A stretch of 64,000 nt of DNA from Salinivirgaceae bacterium (lineage in GTDB: Bacteria > Bacteroidota > Bacteroidia > Bacteroidales > SZUA-534). This document shows, piece by piece, positions 9,958 through 19,463 of this stretch. Each line of letters starts with the position of its first letter. Position 1 is the stretch's first letter. The notes beneath the pieces are model-generated. The model was not told the DNA's origin and searched no databases. It saw only the letters and a list, made by a program, of their open reading frames with translations. The DNA is taken from positions 9,366 to 73,365 of the forward strand of contig JAFYYJ010000117.1 in assembly GCA_017557605.1 (NCBI GenBank), in the 5' to 3' direction. The position numbers and the translations under genes are program-made.

Positions 9958-10638
9958 TTATTTCATATATTTCTCCACCAGTTTGGCGGCCTTTTCTCTC
10001 GGGTAGTTGTTCTGACTTGCCACTCTAAAAATCAATTCAGCTTCTTCATCTGTAATCTTGCCATCAGCGGCTATCATGGCTGCGATGTTTTTGATTAGTT
10101 CGGGAATCTGAGAATCTTGAATAGCATACGTTAAATCGCCATCCTCTATTTCCTTCTGAATTTCTTTAAGTTCATCGTCATTGAAGCACAATTTCTCTTT
10201 GAATATTCTTCTGAAGAATTGTTTTTCCTCCTTGCTTTCAGAACCATCAACCGTTTCCGCAACCAGCACAGCCTTTGCAATCATTCGGTCTGAGATAGCT
10301 CTTTTACCGAAGAAGACAGTTGTCAGGAGTTTCAGAATGGCACCCATTACGACAAGAATGCCCAAAATTCCAAATATCCAGAACCAAACCAGATAGCTGT
10401 TGGTACGGGCGACAGCAGGAGCTATCCAAAGCACACCGTCGGTAAGATAATTATGTATAATATTTCCCTGAAGATTGATGCCGTGCCAGATGCCATTATA
10501 CCAGCAATAACTTTTTGCACCATCGATTACGCACAACCAACCTGCTATTAACCACAGTATAGTATAGGTGCCTACTATTGTCACCAATAATGTTAATATT
10601 TCCTTAATCCAAAATTTTGTTACCGATTTCTTCTCCAT
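9958..10638 (-). CDS. membrane protein with TerB-like C-terminal domain (function unknown)
   Basis: 226 aa. Several hydrophobic helices lie in the N-terminal half. The soluble C-terminal part has a TerB-like pattern (AADGKITDEEAELIFRVA). Confidence 0.6.
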   Translation of the reverse strand: MEKKSVTKFWIKEILTLLVTIVGTYTILWLIAGWLCVIDGAKSYCWYNGIWHGINLQGNIIHNYLTDGVLWIAPAVARTNSYLVWFWIFGILGILVVMGAILKLLTTVFFGKRAISDRMIAKAVLVAETVDGSESKEEKQFFRRIFKEKLCFNDDELKEIQKEIEDGDLTYAIQDSQIPELIKNIAAMIAADGKITDEEAELIFRVASQNNYPREKAAKLVEKYMK

Positions 10639-10802
10639 TTCATTATTTTTTAGATAGTTAACAATTACTTAATTAGCTGTGTAATATTATAAAAAAATTC
10701 AAAAACATTTTTCAAACTTGTTTTTTTCTGTCTTTTTCAGCTCAAAATCAAACTATTTCATTCCTCAAAAATGGGGAAAAGACATGCTCCAAACGATGCC
10801 TA

Positions 10803-11231
10803 TTAACGTTTCTTCGCAAAAAATTCCTTAACCAAGGCCGCACACTCATCGGCAAGAACTCCGCCGACAACAACCGTTTTGGGGTGATAGATTCCTTCGA
10901 AATGGTGGCTGCCGCGCTTCTCATCGACTGCGCCGTAAACAACGCGGCTTATCTGCGCCCAAGCCAACGCACCGGCACACATCGGGCACGGCTCAACGGT
11001 TACATACAATGTGCAATCGGTAAGATATTTGCCGCCGATATAACCGGCCGCAGCCGTTATGGCCTGCATTTCGGCGTGCGCGGTCACATCGTTGAGAGTT
11101 TCGGTCAAGTTGCAGGCTCGGCCAATTATCTGCCCGTTGCTCACCACAACCGCACCAATAGGCACTTCATCCTTCTCAAATGCTATTTTGGCCTGTTCAA
11201 GGGCCTTGCGCATATAGAAAATGTCGTCCAT
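10803..11231 (-). CDS. tadA: tRNA-specific adenosine deaminase
   Basis: 142 aa with the cytidine/deoxycytidylate deaminase zinc motifs HAEMQAI and PCPMCAGAL. Size and sequence are typical of TadA. Confidence 0.9.
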   Translation of the reverse strand: MDDIFYMRKALEQAKIAFEKDEVPIGAVVVSNGQIIGRACNLTETLNDVTAHAEMQAITAAAGYIGGKYLTDCTLYVTVEPCPMCAGALAWAQISRVVYGAVDEKRGSHHFEGIYHPKTVVVGGVLADECAALVKEFFAKKR

Positions 11232-11450
11232 AAACGGTAAGAGTTTAGAGTTGAGCGCTTCGCTGTTTAGAAGGTTGAAAGTTTTAAGTTTTAGAAGTTT
11301 AAAGTTTAGAATGTTTAGAGCTTCGCTGTTTAGAAAGTTGAGTTCTAAAACATCTCGACTTTCTAAATCTTCTCAATCTTTTAAATTCATTACATTCCTA
11401 CATTTTTCCAAAACACTAATGCCTTTTGCCTTCTGCCTAATGCCTTTCTT

Positions 11451-13295
11451 CTATTGCATCACATCAACTCCGGCTTTCAAATCGGCCACAAACTGCTGAA
11501 TCAAAGGCCAGCACTCTTCGGCTGTCGAAACATCGCGCAAGCGGTTGTCGAGCGGGCACTGCCCTGTCTTCCTGCGATTCTCGATATAAGGCGATTCGGT
11601 ATCGAAATAAACCTTTATGCCGCTGTCGCGAAGCATTTTCAGCGCCGGGGTGCTGATTGTGTGCGTGTTAACTGCCTTAACGCCACCAAGAACCATCATC
11701 GCGGCAGCGCCTTTGCCAATAATTTTGTCGGCCACAAGCGCGCCTTTGAGTGGGCCGCCGCCTGCACTAATCATATCGTAAAGGTCGAGAACGCCGCTTT
11801 GCTTGTAGGTGCTCACCTCGCCCCCATTGCTCACCACGCACGAGTAACGGCCGGCATCGAGCTGCTTCAGAAGCGTTGCCAACGTGACAATCTCGCCCAA
11901 TTCAACCTCGCCAGTCTTGAGCGCCTCAACAAAACGGTCGATACGGTGCATCTCCTGCGGAATGTTGATTCGCTGCGGACACTCCGGAATACAATGGTTG
12001 CAACTTATGCAGTGGTTGGCCTGACGCAGACGCGGCACGCTGCGGTCGTAGCCGACAAGGAACGCCTTGCGCGCCTTTTTGTATTCGGGGTCTTTTATAT
12101 CTTCAATGACAAGTCCCTCGTTGATACACTTGTTGTAATGGCTGAAAATGCCCGGAATGTCGAGACCATAAGGGCACGGCATACAATACTGGCAAGTGTT
12201 GCAAGGCACCATCGGGAACGACGCATAAAGGTCGGCTATCTGCGCAAGCAAGTGCAAATCATCGTCGGACAAGGGTTTGAGCGGCGAGTAAGTTTTAACG
12301 TTGTCCTGCAAGTGCTCCATATAAGTCATTCCACTCAAAACCGACAATATGCGCGGCTGCGAACCTGCGAAACGGAAAGCCCATGAAGCCACACTGGCAT
12401 CAGGTTCACGTTCTTTTAGCATGGCAGTTGCATGGTCGTTCAGATTGGCCAACCGACCGCCCAAAAGCGGTTCCATAACCAGAACAGGAATATTGCGTTT
12501 CTCAAGTTCAGAGTAGGTGTATTCCGAATTCTGATTCATCGAGTTCATCATGGTGGCATGCTTCCAATCCACATAATTGTGCTGAATCAGAATGAAATCC
12601 CAATGATAGGTTTCGTTCAGGGTGAGAAGATAGTCGAAGCCTTCCTTGTCGCCGTGGAACGAAAATCCAAGGTTGCGGATACGTCCCGCCTCGCGCTCTC
12701 CGACAAGGAAATCCAACATTCCGTTGTCGACGTATCGCGACTGCATCTGCTGCTTGCTGCCAATGCCGTGAAGAAGGTAGTAGTCGATATAATCGACCTG
12801 CAACTCCTGGAACGACCTCTTGTACATTGCCATCGACGATTCGCGGGTATTGTTGGCGAAGTTCGACAATTTGGTCGATACCAAGAACTCGCTGCGCTTA
12901 TGGCGGCTCAAGGCCTTGCCAAGCGCTCCCTCCGACTTGCCCTGACAATAGGCCGGCGACGTGTCGAAAAGATTGACACCGTGCTCTATCGCATAGTCAA
13001 TCAGTCGGTTAATCTGCTCTTGGTCGAGTTCGCCGTTGCGGTCCTCTCGGCCGCTCATTCCGCCCTTGGTGGGGAAACGCATACAGCCGTAGCCCAACAG
13101 CGAAACCTTCTGTCCGTGAAGGTCGGTGCGATAGGTCATTTTGCCTTCCGATTCACCATCCGAGCTTTTCGAAGCCGAAGTTTTTTTGTTGCTGCCACCG
13201 CAAGCCGACACTGCTGCCGCTGCCGCTATGCCTCCGCCCAAGGTCTTCAAGAACTGGCGGCGGCTGATTGTTACGTCGTTAGCCATAGTTTTCAA
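11451..13295 (-). CDS. Tat-signal lipoprotein-type aldo/keto reductase fused to a 4Fe-4S module and a C-terminal DUF1893 (TM1506-like) domain
   Basis: 614 aa. Twin-arginine motif SRRQFLKTLGGG followed by the lipobox-like AVSAC. AKR core (LLGYGCMRFP, FDTSPAYCQGKSE, STKL). Cys clusters CNTCQYCMPCPYG and CISCNHCIPECP. The C-terminal about 140 aa resembles DUF1893 (VVSNGGEV...DKIIGKGAAAMMVLGGVKAVNTHTISTPALKML). Confidence 0.8.
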   Translation of the reverse strand: MKTMANDVTISRRQFLKTLGGGIAAAAAVSACGGSNKKTSASKSSDGESEGKMTYRTDLHGQKVSLLGYGCMRFPTKGGMSGREDRNGELDQEQINRLIDYAIEHGVNLFDTSPAYCQGKSEGALGKALSRHKRSEFLVSTKLSNFANNTRESSMAMYKRSFQELQVDYIDYYLLHGIGSKQQMQSRYVDNGMLDFLVGEREAGRIRNLGFSFHGDKEGFDYLLTLNETYHWDFILIQHNYVDWKHATMMNSMNQNSEYTYSELEKRNIPVLVMEPLLGGRLANLNDHATAMLKEREPDASVASWAFRFAGSQPRILSVLSGMTYMEHLQDNVKTYSPLKPLSDDDLHLLAQIADLYASFPMVPCNTCQYCMPCPYGLDIPGIFSHYNKCINEGLVIEDIKDPEYKKARKAFLVGYDRSVPRLRQANHCISCNHCIPECPQRINIPQEMHRIDRFVEALKTGEVELGEIVTLATLLKQLDAGRYSCVVSNGGEVSTYKQSGVLDLYDMISAGGGPLKGALVADKIIGKGAAAMMVLGGVKAVNTHTISTPALKMLRDSGIKVYFDTESPYIENRRKTGQCPLDNRLRDVSTAEECWPLIQQFVADLKAGVDVMQ

Positions 13296-13443
13296 TTTTG
13301 TTCAAATATATTCATTTATAAAGACCTACAACAACGACGGACTTTTAGTGGTAGATTTTTTTAGGAAAAATGTAGTTAAAATAAGCACCTTTGCAGCGAA
13401 AGAACAATAATGGCCGCGTAAATCGACGGACGATAGGAAAACA

Positions 13444-14631
13444 ATGAGTCAAGACGACAAACCGAAACTTTGGAACAGCAACTACATAAAGATTTGGTGC
13501 GCCAACTTTATGATTTTTTTCTCGTTTATGCTGCTGGCACCGCTGCTGCCGCTCTACCTGAGCGACACTTTCGGCACCGACAAGGACACCATTGGCCTAG
13601 TGCTGTCGGGATATACACTCACAGCTTTGCTTTTCAGGCCGTTCAGCGGTTTTCTGGTCGATAGTTTTCCGCGCAAACAGGTGCTTCTGGTGGTTTATTT
13701 TCTGTTCTTCGCATTTTTTGCCGGATATTTGGTTGCAGGCTCACTGCTAATGTTCGCCATTGTGCGCACAATGCACGGCGCACCGTTTGGCGCCACCACC
13801 GTAGCCAACAGCACCGTGGCCATCGACGTGCTGCACCCCGAGCGTCGCGCTGAAGGCATCGGCTACTACGGATTGAGCAACAACATTGCCACCGCCCTCG
13901 CTCCCACCATTGCGCTTTATGTTTTTCAGATTTGGCACAACTACGACGTGCTGTTTGCCATATCGCTTGCGTGCGCCGGCATCGGCTTTGCCATAAACTC
14001 GACGCTGAAAATCGCACCGCGCGAACTGGTGAAACCGCAAACACCCATATCGCTCGACCGTTTCTTTCTTGTGAAAGGTTTCAGCGCCGCAGCCACACAA
14101 GCCTGCTACGCCTTCTCGTACGGCGTGCTCTCGACCTACATCGCCATCTACGGTAAAGAAGAACTTGGCATTACAAGCGGAACGGGCTTGTTTTTTATGC
14201 TGCTGGCCGGCGGTCTCATTGTGGCACGGATTGTCGGCAGCCGCTCACTGCGCAAGGGGTTGATTACTCGCAACGCATCGTTTGGCGTGGTTGTTTCAAT
14301 GTTCGGATATCTGCTTTTTGCCGCCGTGCACTCACCGATAGGCTACTATGGTGCCGCATTTATCATCGGATTTGGCAACGGGCATATGTTTCCGGCTTTT
14401 CAGACAATGTTCATCAATTTGGCACCCAACAGTTTACGCGGAACGGCAAATGCCACACAACTCACTTCGTGGGACGTAGGCGTAGGTGCCGGCGTGCTGA
14501 TTGGCGGAATTTTTGCCGAGAATTACGGCTATCACGCTGCGTTCTGGGCGGCTCTGGCGGTCAATGTTGTTGGTGTGCTGGCGTTGTTTCTGCACACAAA
14601 CGGTTATTTTGCGAAGAACCGACTACGCTAA
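13444..14631 (+). CDS. MFS transporter
   Basis: 395 aa with about 12 hydrophobic helices and an MFS-type loop motif after TM2 (GFLVDSFPRKQVL). Confidence 0.85.
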   Translation: MSQDDKPKLWNSNYIKIWCANFMIFFSFMLLAPLLPLYLSDTFGTDKDTIGLVLSGYTLTALLFRPFSGFLVDSFPRKQVLLVVYFLFFAFFAGYLVAGSLLMFAIVRTMHGAPFGATTVANSTVAIDVLHPERRAEGIGYYGLSNNIATALAPTIALYVFQIWHNYDVLFAISLACAGIGFAINSTLKIAPRELVKPQTPISLDRFFLVKGFSAAATQACYAFSYGVLSTYIAIYGKEELGITSGTGLFFMLLAGGLIVARIVGSRSLRKGLITRNASFGVVVSMFGYLLFAAVHSPIGYYGAAFIIGFGNGHMFPAFQTMFINLAPNSLRGTANATQLTSWDVGVGAGVLIGGIFAENYGYHAAFWAALAVNVVGVLALFLHTNGYFAKNRLR

Positions 14632-14715
14632 CGTAAAACGATTTACGTTTTTCACTTCAACTAAAACCCAATCCCCGACACCAAAAAATTGTATTTTCGC
14701 ATAATCTTTAACAGT

Positions 14716-16329
14716 ATGTATTCCACAAAAAAGAACATACAGCAATTGCTGTCGCTGATGGAGCAGCACGGTGTGACGGATGTTGTGCTGTCGCCAGGCT
14801 CACGGAATATGCCACTGGCGCAGTCGTTTGCCGCGCACCCGAGTTTTACCTGCCATGCCGTTACCGATGAGCGAAGTGCAGGATTTTTTGCCATTGGGCT
14901 GTCACTCAACACAAAACGGCCAGCCGCAGTGTGCGTAACGTCAGGTTCGGCATTGCTCAATCTGGCATCAGCGGTGTCGGAAGCCTACTATCAGCAAGTG
15001 CCGCTTCTGGTCATTTCCGCCGACCGCCCAGCCGCTTGGATTGGGCAAATGGACGGTCAGACCATTCCGCAGACGGGCGTTTTCGGAACACTTGTGCGCA
15101 AAGAGGTATCGCTGCCCGAACCCGCAAACGAAACCGACATCTGGCACTGCAACCGACTGATTAACGAGGCTTTACTCGAACTAAACCACCATGCATGCGG
15201 GCCAGTCCACATCAATGTGCCAATCAGCGAGCCGTTTTTCGACTGCACTGAAACACAATTGCCCGCCGAGCGCGCAATAAAACGCTGCGTACCCGACATC
15301 GAAAAATGGCAGACCGCACGCAAGCCGCTGATAATTGTCGGCCAATTACAAAAAGCTGAAGCAGAACAACTTAAGCCGATACTTTCACAACTTGGATGCC
15401 CGATATTTTGCGAGCATATCTCAAATTTAGGCAGTCACCCGAATTTCATCAGCAATACTGATTTAATTCTTAATTCGGCTGACACAAAGCAATTTACACC
15501 AGATTTAGTCATATATCTTGGCGGACACATTGTTTCGAAACGGATAAAAAACTTCATAAGAACTGCAAAACCTCAACAATGCTGGCGCGTAGATGCCGAA
15601 GGTGCTTGCACCGACACGTTCCAATGCGTGACACATATTATAGAAATGCAGCCGAATGATTTTCTGCAAATGCTGACACCAGCAAACTGTAACTGGCTGA
15701 AAACGTGGCAAGATGCAAGCAAAAACGTTGAAGCGGAAATGCAAAAATTGGATTTTGGTTTCTCTCCTTTCAGCATAGTCAAACAAGTTTTGAAGCAGAT
15801 ACCGCCGCAATCGGCTATTGTGTTGGCAAACAGCAGTATGGTGCGTTACGCGCAACTATTCAGTCTGAACACCGATATTGAAGTGCTATGCAATCGCGGC
15901 GTGAACGGAATTGACGGAACTCTCTCAACAGCAGTCGGTTACGCATCGGCAAATCCCAATAAAAAAGTCTTTGTAATGATTGGCGATTTGAGTTTCTTCT
16001 ACGACATAAACGCCCTTTGGCAGACCAATCTGCCGCAGAATCTGCGAATTGTTCTTATTAATAATGGTTGCGGCGAGATATTCAGAGTGCTACCAGGACT
16101 GACCAAAAATGCCGATACCGAACGATTTGTTATGGCATCGCACAACACATCGGCAAAAGGTTGGACGGAATCGTTAGGCATTGAATATCAATCGGCTAAA
16201 AGCACATCAGAAATAGAAAAATGCATCGGATTAATAATGCAAAGCCAGAAAACGGCACTTGCGGAATTCTTCACAAATCCGTCAACCGATGAATCTGTAT
16301 TTAACAACATTCAAAACTTAAGAATATGA
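14716..16329 (+). CDS. menD: 2-succinyl-5-enolpyruvyl-6-hydroxy-3-cyclohexene-1-carboxylate synthase
   Basis: ThDP-enzyme pattern: [12 protein letters not shown] near the N-terminus and [16 protein letters not shown]...IGDLSFFYD. The ORF opens at 14689, but I prefer the ATG at 14716 ([12 protein letters not shown]). The stop overlaps the menB start (ATGA at 16326). It sits in the men gene cluster. Confidence 0.9.
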   Translation: MYSTKKNIQQLLSLMEQHGVTDVVLSPGSRNMPLAQSFAAHPSFTCHAVTDERSAGFFAIGLSLNTKRPAAVCVTSGSALLNLASAVSEAYYQQVPLLVISADRPAAWIGQMDGQTIPQTGVFGTLVRKEVSLPEPANETDIWHCNRLINEALLELNHHACGPVHINVPISEPFFDCTETQLPAERAIKRCVPDIEKWQTARKPLIIVGQLQKAEAEQLKPILSQLGCPIFCEHISNLGSHPNFISNTDLILNSADTKQFTPDLVIYLGGHIVSKRIKNFIRTAKPQQCWRVDAEGACTDTFQCVTHIIEMQPNDFLQMLTPANCNWLKTWQDASKNVEAEMQKLDFGFSPFSIVKQVLKQIPPQSAIVLANSSMVRYAQLFSLNTDIEVLCNRGVNGIDGTLSTAVGYASANPNKKVFVMIGDLSFFYDINALWQTNLPQNLRIVLINNGCGEIFRVLPGLTKNADTERFVMASHNTSAKGWTESLGIEYQSAKSTSEIEKCIGLIMQSQKTALAEFFTNPSTDESVFNNIQNLRI

Positions 16330-17144
16330 CACACGATTGGAAAACGATAAAAAAATATCAGGACATCCTGTTCGAGATGTACAACGGCATTGCACGCATC
16401 ACTATCAACCGCGAGCGCTACCGCAACGCCTTCACGCCAACCACAACCGCCGAAATGGGCGACGCACTCACCTATTGCCGTGAGTGTCAAGACATTTACG
16501 TGGTTGTGTTCACTGGTGCGGGCGACAAAGCGTTCTGCAGCGGTGGCGATATGCACGTGAAAGGCCGCGGCGGCTACATCGACGAATCGGGCAAACCGCG
16601 CCTGACAGTGCTCGATGTTCAGAAGCAAATCCGCTCGCTGCCGAAGCCCGTTATTGCTGCGGTGAACGGCTACGCGATTGGCGGCGGCAACGTGCTGCAG
16701 GTGGTTTGCGACCTGACAATAGCATCAGAAAACGCTATTTTCGGACAGACAGGCCCCAAGGTCGGCAGTTTTGACGCAGGTTTCGGCTCGTCGTATCTGG
16801 CAAGCATTGTCGGGCAGAAAAAGGCACGCGAGATATGGTTTATGTGCCGTCAATATTCGGCTCAAGAAGCGCTGGAAATGGGGATGGTGAACAAGGTTGT
16901 GCCACTCAATCAACTTGAAGATGAGTATGTTGCGTGGGCCGAAAAGATGATGGAATACTCTCCCCTCGCCTTGCGTATGATTAAGCGCGGACTGAACGCC
17001 GAACTTGACGGACAGGCTGGTATTCAGGAATTTGCGGGCGATATGACAATGCTCTACTATTGCCTTGACGAGGCGCAGGAAGGCGGCCGCGCTTTCCTCG
17101 AAAAGCGGAAACCTGACTTTAAGAAATATCCAAAATTTCCGTAA
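16326..17144 (+). CDS. menB: 1,4-dihydroxy-2-naphthoyl-CoA synthase
   Basis: 272-aa crotonase-fold protein with [50 protein letters not shown] and the C-terminal FLEKRKPDF. This is a classic MenB sequence. Confidence 0.95.
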   Translation: MTHDWKTIKKYQDILFEMYNGIARITINRERYRNAFTPTTTAEMGDALTYCRECQDIYVVVFTGAGDKAFCSGGDMHVKGRGGYIDESGKPRLTVLDVQKQIRSLPKPVIAAVNGYAIGGGNVLQVVCDLTIASENAIFGQTGPKVGSFDAGFGSSYLASIVGQKKAREIWFMCRQYSAQEALEMGMVNKVVPLNQLEDEYVAWAEKMMEYSPLALRMIKRGLNAELDGQAGIQEFAGDMTMLYYCLDEAQEGGRAFLEKRKPDFKKYPKFP

Positions 17145-17176
17145 CATACAGAAAAAGAACTTATTAAGAAACGCCA

Positions 17177-18295
17177 ATGGTAGAAAACGAAATTGAAAAT
17201 CGCAGCAAGGTTATTGTTCGCACAAGCATTGTGGGCATAGCAACCAACGTGGTGCTTTCGGCATTCAAGACGGCTGTCGGCTTTGTGACTGGTTCCATTG
17301 CCGTCACGCTTGACGCTGTGAACAACCTTTCCGACGCACTCTCGTCGGTGATAACGATAGTGGGCGCAAAACTGTCGAACAGACGCCCCAACAAGAAACA
17401 TCCGCTGGGCTACGGCCGCATCGAGTATTTGAGCGCTATGATTGTGGCGGCTATTGTGCTGTACGCAGGCGGCACGTCGGCAGTGGAGTCTGTCAAGAAG
17501 ATTATCAATCCTGAAGAAGCCGACTACAGCACTGTCTCGCTTGTGATTATCGCGGCAGCGGTAGTTGTGAAACTGGTGCTCGGCAAGTATGTGAAGCGTC
17601 AGGGCGAGCGCGTGAATTCGGGTGCTCTGGTGGCATCGGGTGCCGACGCGTTGTTCGACGCCATTCTGTCGCTTTCGGTGCTGGCTTCCGCCATTGTGTT
17701 CCTGACAACGGGCATCTCGCTCGAAGCCTACGTGGGCGTTGCAATATCGCTGTTCATCATCAAGGCGGGAGTTGAAATGCTCAAGGAGACGCTGGACGAT
17801 ATTCTGGGCAAGCGCACCGACAAGGAAATGGCCAAACGCATCAAGGCGATTCTCACCGCCGAAGAACCTGTGCGTGGCGCTTACGACCTGATTCTGAACG
17901 ATTACGGCCCGAACAAACATATAGGTTCTGTTCATTTGGAATTGCCTGATAATATGACCGTTGAAGAACTCGACGTACTGACCCGCAAATTGCAGACCCG
18001 CGTTTTCAAGGAGACAGGCGTTATTCTTGCGGGAGTGGGCGTTTATTCCTACAACACAAAGAACGACGAGGCAGCCGAAATCCGAAATAAAGTCTTGAAG
18101 ATTGTCAAATCGCACCCTTGGGCACTGCAGTTGCACGGCTTCTATGTCGATATGAATGAACGCACTATGCGCTTCGACGTGGTGATGAGTTTCGACATTG
18201 TGGCTGAAGAAGGCGCGGCAATTCTCTGCAAAGAGGTCGGCGAGGCCTTCCCTGGATACGAAGTCTTCATTTCGCCCGATGTGGATTTGGGATAG
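17177..18295 (+). CDS. cation diffusion facilitator (CDF) family transporter
   Basis: 372 aa with six N-terminal helices, a CDF signature region (NNLSDALSSVITIVGAKLSNRRPNKKHPLGYGRIEYL) and a cytoplasmic C-terminal domain. Confidence 0.9.
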   Translation: MVENEIENRSKVIVRTSIVGIATNVVLSAFKTAVGFVTGSIAVTLDAVNNLSDALSSVITIVGAKLSNRRPNKKHPLGYGRIEYLSAMIVAAIVLYAGGTSAVESVKKIINPEEADYSTVSLVIIAAAVVVKLVLGKYVKRQGERVNSGALVASGADALFDAILSLSVLASAIVFLTTGISLEAYVGVAISLFIIKAGVEMLKETLDDILGKRTDKEMAKRIKAILTAEEPVRGAYDLILNDYGPNKHIGSVHLELPDNMTVEELDVLTRKLQTRVFKETGVILAGVGVYSYNTKNDEAAEIRNKVLKIVKSHPWALQLHGFYVDMNERTMRFDVVMSFDIVAEEGAAILCKEVGEAFPGYEVFISPDVDLG

Positions 18296-18319
18296 AAGAA
18301 AAATTGGAAGATTGAGCGA

Positions 18320-19372
18320 ATGCAACTCACGGTAATTCCATATACGCTTAATTTTAAGCAACCTGCGGGCACGTCGCGGGGTGTTTACACCGAACACAAG
18401 GTCTGGTTTCTGCGGATGCAGGACGACCGTGGCCGCATTGGTTGGGGCGAGGTGGCGCCGCTGCCGAATTTGAGTTGCGACGATGTGCCTGATTTTGAAT
18501 CGGTTCTGCACGATGTTGCAGCCAATTTCAACGGCAAAATCGATTACGAGCGGTTGCGCAACTATCCTTCGATTCTGTTCGGGTTGGAGTGTGCGCAAAT
18601 GGCTTGCAATGAGTTCGATACAATGGATATGAGCACGCCTTTCGCCATTGGAACCGACGGAATAACAATCAACGGACTTGTGTGGATGGGCAGTTTTGAG
18701 GAGATGAGCGCACGGGTTGAAGACAAACTGCGACAAGGCTTCAGTTGTATCAAGATAAAAATCGGCGCTATCGATTTCAAGAAGGAATACGAACTGTTAC
18801 AACTTGTGCGTCAGCGCTTTCCTGCCGACAAGATAACAATTCGCGTTGATGCCAACGGCGGTTTCGGTCCCGACGATGCACCGCAAAAATTGGAGCGGTT
18901 GGCTCGGCTCGACATTCACTCAATCGAGCAGCCGATAAGGGCTGGGCAGTGGCTGAAAATGGCCGAATTGTGCCGCACATCGCCCATTAAAATTGCTTTG
19001 GATGAGGAACTTATCGGTGTGAACGACCCGAAACGAAAACTCGAACTTCTTGACACCATAAAACCGCAGTATATAATCTTGAAACCGTCGCTGCACGGCG
19101 GATTGAGCGGTTGCAACGAGTGGATTCGGCTTGCACGCGAGCGCGGTATCGGCTTTTGGGCAACATCGGCGCTGGAGTCGAACATCGGGCTGTATTACAT
19201 TGCGCTTTGGGCCGCAACGCTCGGAATCGACATCCCGCAAGGACTTGGCACAGGAGCGCTCTACACCAACAACATCGATTTGCCGCTGCAAGTTGTTGGA
19301 GAAAAACTATGGGTGAAAGGGTGCGTGGGGAAGAAAATGAGAGAGTTAGATATTAGAGAATTAGAGAGTTAG
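18320..19372 (+). CDS. menC: o-succinylbenzoate synthase (enolase superfamily)
   Basis: 350 aa with enolase-superfamily metal-ligand regions (KIKIG, IRVDANGGF, IEQP, ALDEEL) in men-cluster context. The last about 11 codons (MRELDIRELES) read into a C-free tandem repeat, so the true C-terminus is uncertain. Confidence 0.85.
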   Translation: MQLTVIPYTLNFKQPAGTSRGVYTEHKVWFLRMQDDRGRIGWGEVAPLPNLSCDDVPDFESVLHDVAANFNGKIDYERLRNYPSILFGLECAQMACNEFDTMDMSTPFAIGTDGITINGLVWMGSFEEMSARVEDKLRQGFSCIKIKIGAIDFKKEYELLQLVRQRFPADKITIRVDANGGFGPDDAPQKLERLARLDIHSIEQPIRAGQWLKMAELCRTSPIKIALDEELIGVNDPKRKLELLDTIKPQYIILKPSLHGGLSGCNEWIRLARERGIGFWATSALESNIGLYYIALWAATLGIDIPQGLGTGALYTNNIDLPLQVVGEKLWVKGCVGKKMRELDIRELES

Positions 19373-19390
19373 AGAATTAGAGAGTTAGTG
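19339..19390 (+). repeat. tandem 16-mer AGAGAATTAGAGAGTT (two perfect copies at 19355-19386 plus a degenerate copy upstream), spanning the menC stop codon
   Basis: Read directly from the sequence: gagagagttagatatt / agagaattagagagtt / agagaattagagagtt / agtg. Confidence 0.9.
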
Positions 19391-19463
19391 TAAAGTAGGA
19401 CTGTGGTCTTATGTCTGTAGTCCATTGTCAATTCAGTTATTCAATTAGTCAATCAATCAGTTA

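Noticed and set aside
11454-13364. Two 310-aa plus-strand ORFs (11454-12386 and 12432-13364) lie opposite the AKR fusion gene.
   Set aside because: They are antisense shadows of a well-supported gene. Their sequences are low-complexity and Arg/His/Val-rich with no domain signatures.
17177-18295. A CDF metal transporter gene is inserted between menB and menC. Is it a functional part of menaquinone synthesis?
   Set aside because: There is no sequence-level link. Gene-order insertions in men clusters are common, and the transporter has its own standard CDF features. I noted it but do not consider it worth a finding.
17057-18736. A 559-aa ORF on the minus strand spans the CDF transporter gene and the start of menC.
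   Set aside because: It is entirely antisense to two genes with clear family signatures. Its translation is His/Arg/Cys/Asn-rich with no recognisable motifs, so it is a typical shadow ORF.
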